Assembly: GCA_048571215.1 (NCBI GenBank)
Contig: CP182352.1
Location: 1,792,001 to 1,856,000, forward strand
DNA: 64,000 nucleotides
Source of the DNA: Halarcobacter sp.
GTDB lineage: Bacteria > Campylobacterota > Campylobacteria > Campylobacterales > Arcobacteraceae
Direction: 5' to 3'
Made by a program: the position numbers and the translations under genes. A model generated the notes under the pieces. It was not told the DNA's origin and ran no database searches. It was given only the letters and a program-made list of their open reading frames with translations. Shown here piece by piece: positions 58,404 through 64,000 of the stretch (within the stretch, counting starts at the first letter, position 1; each line of letters opens with the position of its first letter).

Positions 58404-59633
58404 ATGTCTTTCCCTCGGAACATATGTAAATATCTCTATAAAAATAAGACTAAAACAGTTTTTATTGTTGATATTCTCTTTATGAAAGATATCAATGCTT
58501 TATATGGTTTTAACAATGGAGACTATATTATCTCACAACTTCATAAGCTTTTAAAAACAAATATAAAAAAAGAAATTTTAGCTTCACTTAAAAAGAGTGT
58601 TTGCATGCAAATAAAAAATTCTCATGTTGATGTTTTTTTGATTACTATTTATGAAGATCTTGAAAAAATTGATATTATTAAAATAAAAAACATAATTTTC
58701 AATACAATAATATCCCATGAATTTAAACTTATCGACACAGCCCATACAATTGATATTGATATTACAATAGGTTGTAGTAAAGGCAATGACAAAGATCTAA
58801 AAATTTTTGCTGAAAAAGCACTACATAATGCAAAATTAAACTATATTAACTTTATGTATTATGATTCAAATCTTTATAAAAACAACTTTTTAAATGCAGA
58901 ACTCTTGTCAATTTTACATAAAAATATTGATGAAAAAAGTGTTGAACCATTTTTTCAACCAATACAAGATAACAAATCTTCAGTTATAGTTAAATATGAA
59001 GCGCTTATGAGAATATATGATAAAAATGGGAATATTATCTTACCTCAAGTTTTTATAGAAAAATCAAGGAAATATAGACTTTTTAATAAACTTATGGAAC
59101 TTATGATTTTAAAAGTTATTGAATATATCAAAAAATATAAAATCAATGTAAGCATAAACCTCGATTATAATGATATTTTAAATCCTACTATGAAAAAACT
59201 TATTATCAACAATATAAAAGAATCAAATATTGGTGAGTATTTAACAGTAGAGATATTAGAGAGTAAAAAGATAAATAACTATTATCTGGTAAATGATTTT
59301 ATAAATGATTTAAAACAACATAATGTAAAAATAGCCATAGATGATTTTGGAAGTGGTTTTTCAAACTATGAACAAATTTTAAATATAAATACTGACTATA
59401 TAAAACTTGATGGGAGTTTAATAAAAAAAATTGATGAAGAGGTATACTATAACTTAGTAAAAAGTATAGTTCAATTTTCAAAAGAGCAAAATATAAAAAT
59501 TATTGCTGAATTTGTAAGTGATTTAAAAATCTTAAGATATGTAAAATCTTTAGATATAGATTATTCACAAGGATACTATATTAGTAAACCAAAAAAAATA
59601 GATGAAATAGTTGGAAATGGATATGAAAGATAA
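58404..59633 (+). CDS. EAL phosphodiesterase with degenerate GGDEF domain
   Basis: YEALMR, EILE, DDFGSG; GGDEF replaced by HVDVF. Confidence 0.87.
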   Translation: MSFPRNICKYLYKNKTKTVFIVDILFMKDINALYGFNNGDYIISQLHKLLKTNIKKEILASLKKSVCMQIKNSHVDVFLITIYEDLEKIDIIKIKNIIFNTIISHEFKLIDTAHTIDIDITIGCSKGNDKDLKIFAEKALHNAKLNYINFMYYDSNLYKNNFLNAELLSILHKNIDEKSVEPFFQPIQDNKSSVIVKYEALMRIYDKNGNIILPQVFIEKSRKYRLFNKLMELMILKVIEYIKKYKINVSINLDYNDILNPTMKKLIINNIKESNIGEYLTVEILESKKINNYYLVNDFINDLKQHNVKIAIDDFGSGFSNYEQILNINTDYIKLDGSLIKKIDEEVYYNLVKSIVQFSKEQNIKIIAEFVSDLKILRYVKSLDIDYSQGYYISKPKKIDEIVGNGYER

Positions 59634-60435
59634 ATTAAAAGAGATAACAGATAGCACCGTAAGTGAGCTTTTAGGAAATGATATAATATTACCTTCAACA
59701 TATTTTGAATGTTTTGATAAACATTCTAGAACCATAAATGTAAACATAGATAGCCAAGAGTTTGAAAAAGATTTACATAGTTTTTTACTAGAAGAATATA
59801 AACAAATAGATGACTATATGCATGATGCTATGAAGACTATTGATCAAGTTTCAGAGATAACATTAGATGCGCAAGAAGCAATCAAAAACAAAAATGGTTC
59901 CCTATTGGATACTTTGTATTCCCAAATCAAAACCTTACAGTCTGAACTTGAAAATATAAAAAGTGATGTATATAAAGATTATCTAACTAAAACAAATAAC
60001 AAAAAATGGATATATCAAAAACTCCTTACAGAAAAAAGTACTTTCAAAAATGATTGTTTACTTATTTTAATAGAAGTAGATGATTATGATTATATAAAAG
60101 ACAACTACAGCAAACTTATTTCAAATAACCTTCTAGTATTTGTATCAACTTATTTAAAAGATAAATTAAAAGATGAAAAAATAGATTTTGAGATAGCAAG
60201 ATATTTGAAAAATAAATTTTTATTAATAGTCAATAATGATACCTTGTCAAACTTAACTAATATTATAAATAATATACTAAGTTTATTACAAAATACTACA
60301 CTAAAAAGTAATTCTGGAATAATTATTAATCCAAGTTTTAAATACACAATCGGTGAAGTAAGTAAAAATGCTGTATTTCATGATGTATTCAATATCTTAC
60401 TAAAAGATATAAAGGAAAATACTATAAAAAACTAG
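59617..60435 (+). CDS. Degenerate GGDEF domain protein
   Basis: DYLTKTNN, EVDDY, ARYLKNKF in place of GGDEF; start uncertain. Confidence 0.7.
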   Translation: MDMKDKLKEITDSTVSELLGNDIILPSTYFECFDKHSRTINVNIDSQEFEKDLHSFLLEEYKQIDDYMHDAMKTIDQVSEITLDAQEAIKNKNGSLLDTLYSQIKTLQSELENIKSDVYKDYLTKTNNKKWIYQKLLTEKSTFKNDCLLILIEVDDYDYIKDNYSKLISNNLLVFVSTYLKDKLKDEKIDFEIARYLKNKFLLIVNNDTLSNLTNIINNILSLLQNTTLKSNSGIIINPSFKYTIGEVSKNAVFHDVFNILLKDIKENTIKN

Positions 60436-61333
60436 AATAAAACAATCTAAGTTTTTGTTGAGCTTTTTCTATACTTATTGGTTCAAATCTGACTTTTGAA
60501 GCAACTTTCATTTGAGCTAATTTAAAACAATCAATACTTAATACACTTCCGATTTTTGGATATCCACCAATAGTTTGTCTCTCTTTTAAAAGAATGATTG
60601 GCTGTCCATCACTTGGTATTTGTATAGCTCCAAAGGCAATACCCTCTGAAACTATTCCATTTATATCACACTTTATAGCCTCACCACTTAATTTACAAGC
60701 CATCCTATTAAAATCATTTGTGATTGTATATGTACTTGAAAAAAACTTCTTTTTTTGCTCTTTTGAAAAGTTTTGTTCTTGATAAGAAAGGATTACTCTA
60801 AGAGTTAGTTCATCACTATATTTTGGTATATACTCTTCTTTTAATCTTTTGCTATGATTATCTAAAGTGGTTTTAAAAGGTAAGATATCACCTTTTTTTA
60901 GTTTTTCTCCATATAAACCACCAAGTTTTTCTTTAATAGTTGTGCTATTACTTCCAAACTCTTTATCTATATCAAAGCCACCACTTACACCTAAATATAC
61001 CCTTGAGCCTTCAAGTATTTTACCTATTTTTAAAATATCACCACTTTTTACACTATAAGTATGCCAACACTTTTTTTTAATATCATTTATAAAAAACTCA
61101 CATATGGCCCCGGTAATCGCTATATTTGTATTTCCATTTACTTTTAATATTAAATTTGAAAATGATATTTCTAAGATATTTGTTTGGGGTGGATTTAAAA
61201 GCATTTTATTTGCATATAAATAAGCAGATTCATCCATAACACCTGAGGGAGTGACACCTAGATGAGTATAAGAGTATCTTCCACTATCTTGTAAGGTGGT
61301 AAATATTGGATTATTTAAAACCTCTAAACTCAT
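60422..61333 (-). CDS. pxpC: 5-oxoprolinase subunit C
   Basis: TTLQDSGR, GVMD, QIPSDGQPIILL..QTIGGYPKI. Confidence 0.9.
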   Translation of the reverse strand: MSLEVLNNPIFTTLQDSGRYSYTHLGVTPSGVMDESAYLYANKMLLNPPQTNILEISFSNLILKVNGNTNIAITGAICEFFINDIKKKCWHTYSVKSGDILKIGKILEGSRVYLGVSGGFDIDKEFGSNSTTIKEKLGGLYGEKLKKGDILPFKTTLDNHSKRLKEEYIPKYSDELTLRVILSYQEQNFSKEQKKKFFSSTYTITNDFNRMACKLSGEAIKCDINGIVSEGIAFGAIQIPSDGQPIILLKERQTIGGYPKIGSVLSIDCFKLAQMKVASKVRFEPISIEKAQQKLRLFYSSFL

Positions 61334-62004
61334 ATAACACCCCCTGAAGATAGAAACTTCTCTTTTGATATAGAGTTAAACTTCACCTTATCCCCTACAC
61401 TCAAAGGAGATAGTTTTTCTAGTTTTTTATCAAATAACTCCATAGTAGTTTTTCCCACAATATTCCAGCCACCTGGACTATTTTGAGGGTATACAGCTGT
61501 TTGGGTATCTGCAATAGCAACACTTCCTTTTGGTATTTGTTTTCTTGGCGTATCAAGTCTTGGAAAAGCTATTCTTTCATCAACACTAGCAAGGTATGCA
61601 AAACCTGGCAAAAATCCAATAGCATATACATCATATAATCTATTTGAGTGTATTTGTATTATCTCATCTATTGAAAGTTTTGTTTTCTGGCTCATATTTT
61701 TTAAATCTAAGCCAACCTCTTCTCCATAATAAACATCTATATTGATAATATTCTCTTTTGAATTATCATCATAGTCCAAATGAATACTACTTTTTAGAAG
61801 CTCTTTTAAGGTGGTATAATCATATTTTAAAACATCATATGAGATAAATATAGAAGTGTAAGAGGGGATAATCTGCACTAAACCTTCAATATTCAAACCC
61901 TTTAAACATAAATATGCTTTTTTTACATCTTGGGCTATTTTTTCATTTATTTCATTGCCAAAGTAGATAATTAAAGAATCAACTGAAGCTATTTTAAATA
62001 CCAT
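61330..62004 (-). CDS. pxpB: 5-oxoprolinase subunit B
   Basis: GFLPGFAYL, PR..PR, GSVAIA, YP..SPGGWNIVG. Confidence 0.9.
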   Translation of the reverse strand: MVFKIASVDSLIIYFGNEINEKIAQDVKKAYLCLKGLNIEGLVQIIPSYTSIFISYDVLKYDYTTLKELLKSSIHLDYDDNSKENIINIDVYYGEEVGLDLKNMSQKTKLSIDEIIQIHSNRLYDVYAIGFLPGFAYLASVDERIAFPRLDTPRKQIPKGSVAIADTQTAVYPQNSPGGWNIVGKTTMELFDKKLEKLSPLSVGDKVKFNSISKEKFLSSGGVI

Positions 62005-62736
62005 CTATATTGCCTTTCTAAGTATCTTTATAAAATCCAAAGCTTTTTCATTGTCACCATGTACACATATTGTATCAGTTTTCAAAAATAGTTCTTTTCC
62101 ACTAATACTATATAAAAAACCATTCTCTTTTAAAGTTATAACTCTATTTATAACTTCTTTTTCATCAACAATTACAGCATTTGTTTCTGCTCTTGAAACT
62201 AAAGATCCATCATCATTATAGTTTCTATCTGCAAACACTTCATAAAGTAAATCTATACCATACTCTTTTGAAATAGTTTCATACTCATCATTTTTTGAAC
62301 TTGATAGTATCATAAGATTTATATTCTTATCAAAAGATGAAACAGCACTTAAAATTGCCCTAAATATATCTTCATCTTTCATCATATCATTATATAAAGC
62401 ACCATGTGGTTTAACATAAGATATATTGCTTTCTTGTGCCACACAAAACCCACTCAATGCTGCTATTTGATACAAAACTATTGAACTTATCTCCTCTTTA
62501 GTGCAAGTGATACTTCGTCTTCCAAAACCTACTAAATCTTGGTATCCAGGGTGTGCCCCAATACTTACTTTGTTTTTTTTGGCTAAGGCTACAGATTTTT
62601 TCATAGTAAGAGCATCCCCTGCATGGAAACCACAAGCAAGATTTGCCATATCAATATATGGCATAATCTTATCATCTAATCCCATTTTCCAAATACCAAA
62701 ACTCTCTCCCATATCACAGTTTAATTTTATACTCAT
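62005..62736 (-). CDS. pxpA: 5-oxoprolinase subunit A (LamB/YcsF family)
   Basis: LNCDMGESFG, ACGFHAGD, KPHGALYN, TICVHGD. Confidence 0.93.
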   Translation of the reverse strand: MSIKLNCDMGESFGIWKMGLDDKIMPYIDMANLACGFHAGDALTMKKSVALAKKNKVSIGAHPGYQDLVGFGRRSITCTKEEISSIVLYQIAALSGFCVAQESNISYVKPHGALYNDMMKDEDIFRAILSAVSSFDKNINLMILSSSKNDEYETISKEYGIDLLYEVFADRNYNDDGSLVSRAETNAVIVDEKEVINRVITLKENGFLYSISGKELFLKTDTICVHGDNEKALDFIKILRKAI

Positions 62737-62755
62737 AATCTTCTCTATCTATAAA

Positions 62756-64000
62756 TTATTTTGCCGTCATATACTTAGGTAAATAGTGAACTATTTCAGG
62801 AAAAGCTGTGATTAAAACAACTGCAATTATCATTAAAATAAAAAATGGTAAGGTTGCTTTTAATATATACTCTATTTTTTCACCACTTATACTTTGTATT
62901 ACAAAAAGAGAAAAGCCAACAGGTGGGGTAATTTGTGATAACTCAACCATAAATACTAGAAATATACCAAACCATAAAGGATCAAATCCTGCTAAAACAA
63001 TAATAGGTAAAACAATAGGTAAAGTCATAACAACAATAGATATACCATCTAAAATCATTCCTAAAAATACATACATAATACCAATGATTAATATTAAAAC
63101 AAAAGGTGATAAACCTAAGGTTCCTATATATTCACTAATAGCTCTAGCAATACCTAAAAACCCAACAACTTGTGATAAAAATCCAGCTCCTACTATAATA
63201 AAACTAATCATAACTGAAGTTTTAATAGAGTTCAAAAGTGCATTTTTAAATATCTCAAAACTAAAACTTCTAAAATAAACTGCAAGAATAATAGAACCCA
63301 AAACACCTAAAGCAGCAGCCTCAGTTGGGGTTGCAAATCCACCATAAATAGAACCTAAAACAACAGCTATCAATAAAAACACTGGAAACAAATCTTTTAT
63401 AGAATGGGTAAAATCATCTATTGTATAATTATCTTTATTTTTTGGTACAACACTACTATCAACCTTTGAAGCTATCATTATATAAAATGAATACAAAGAA
63501 GCAAGTAATAGTCCAGGAAGTACCCCTGCCATAAAAAGTTTTCCTATGGAAACATCTGATAAAACCCCATAAATAATCATTATAAGTGAGGGAGGAATCA
63601 AAAAACCTAAAGTACCACTTCCTGCAAGAGAACCTAAAGCTAATGATTTTGAATATCCCCTTTTTTTAAGTTCATCCAAGGTTATTTTCCCAACAGTAGC
63701 AGTTGTAGCTGCACTTGAACCAGAAATTGCAGCAAATAAAGAACAAGCAGCTACATTTACATGAAGTAATTTTCCAGGTACAAAATTTAACCAAGGCATC
63801 AAACCATTTAAAAGCCTAGTTGATATAGATGACTTATATAATATCTCACCCATCAAAATAAACATAGGAAGAGCTGCTAAGGACCAAGAATTTAGCGAAT
63901 CATATATAGATGATGCCAACAAATCCCCTATCTTGTCATATATTGAGATAACAGGTGGTAGATTGTGGTCAAATATCAACATCCCTACGATTCCTGTTAA
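62756..64000 (-). CDS. dctM: TRAP transporter large permease (5' end outside the window)
   Basis: ALPMFILMG, GTLGFLIPPS, TPTEAAA, ITPPVG; frame is open to the window edge. Confidence 0.9.
   Translation of the reverse strand, partial: LTGIVGMLIFDHNLPPVISIYDKIGDLLASSIYDSLNSWSLAALPMFILMGEILYKSSISTRLLNGLMPWLNFVPGKLLHVNVAACSLFAAISGSSAATTATVGKITLDELKKRGYSKSLALGSLAGSGTLGFLIPPSLIMIIYGVLSDVSIGKLFMAGVLPGLLLASLYSFYIMIASKVDSSVVPKNKDNYTIDDFTHSIKDLFPVFLLIAVVLGSIYGGFATPTEAAALGVLGSIILAVYFRSFSFEIFKNALLNSIKTSVMISFIIVGAGFLSQVVGFLGIARAISEYIGTLGLSPFVLILIIGIMYVFLGMILDGISIVVMTLPIVLPIIVLAGFDPLWFGIFLVFMVELSQITPPVGFSLFVIQSISGEKIEYILKATLPFFILMIIAVVLITAFPEIVHYLPKYMTAK

Noticed and set aside
303..63278. Short antisense or overlapping ORFs in the track (e.g. 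335-613, 5088-5468, 21299-21580, 51818-52309, 54539-54913, 62808-63278)
   Set aside because: Shadow frames of well-supported genes, with no motifs or evident RBS

Overview
Very AT-rich chromosomal window, most likely from an Arcobacteraceae (Campylobacterota) genome; the assignment is inferred from gene content and protein style. 1-19.6 kb is a minus-strand [NiFe]-hydrogenase locus with two Tat-exported group 1 enzymes (hya-like and hyd-like), maturation genes, a group 2-type small/large pair and a TetR regulator with repeated palindromic operators. The group 2 small-subunit gene (18103-18999) is separated from its large-subunit gene (7983-9341) by an ~8.7 kb island, which is the main point of interest. 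The island is an integron-derived region with no integrase gene, built as three tandem modules. The two complete modules each have cassettes with attC sites, an attI-like site, a divergent ~13-codon stub resembling the intI 5' end, and an alternating inverted array of two highly structured ~250-300 bp repeats (X and Y) with compensatory changes; the third module is a deleted remnant. The rest of the window (19.7-64 kb) is housekeeping and signalling: acnB, two-component genes, yebC, mlaA-mlaC-MMPL, dsbB/tlpA, mltB, MCP+PAS, GGDEF/EAL, PIN-PhoH, an HD protein, ppiC, dbpA, dedA, pxpABC and TRAP dctM. No rRNA, tRNA or CRISPR array was seen. All calls are by eye; no searches or folding programs were run.
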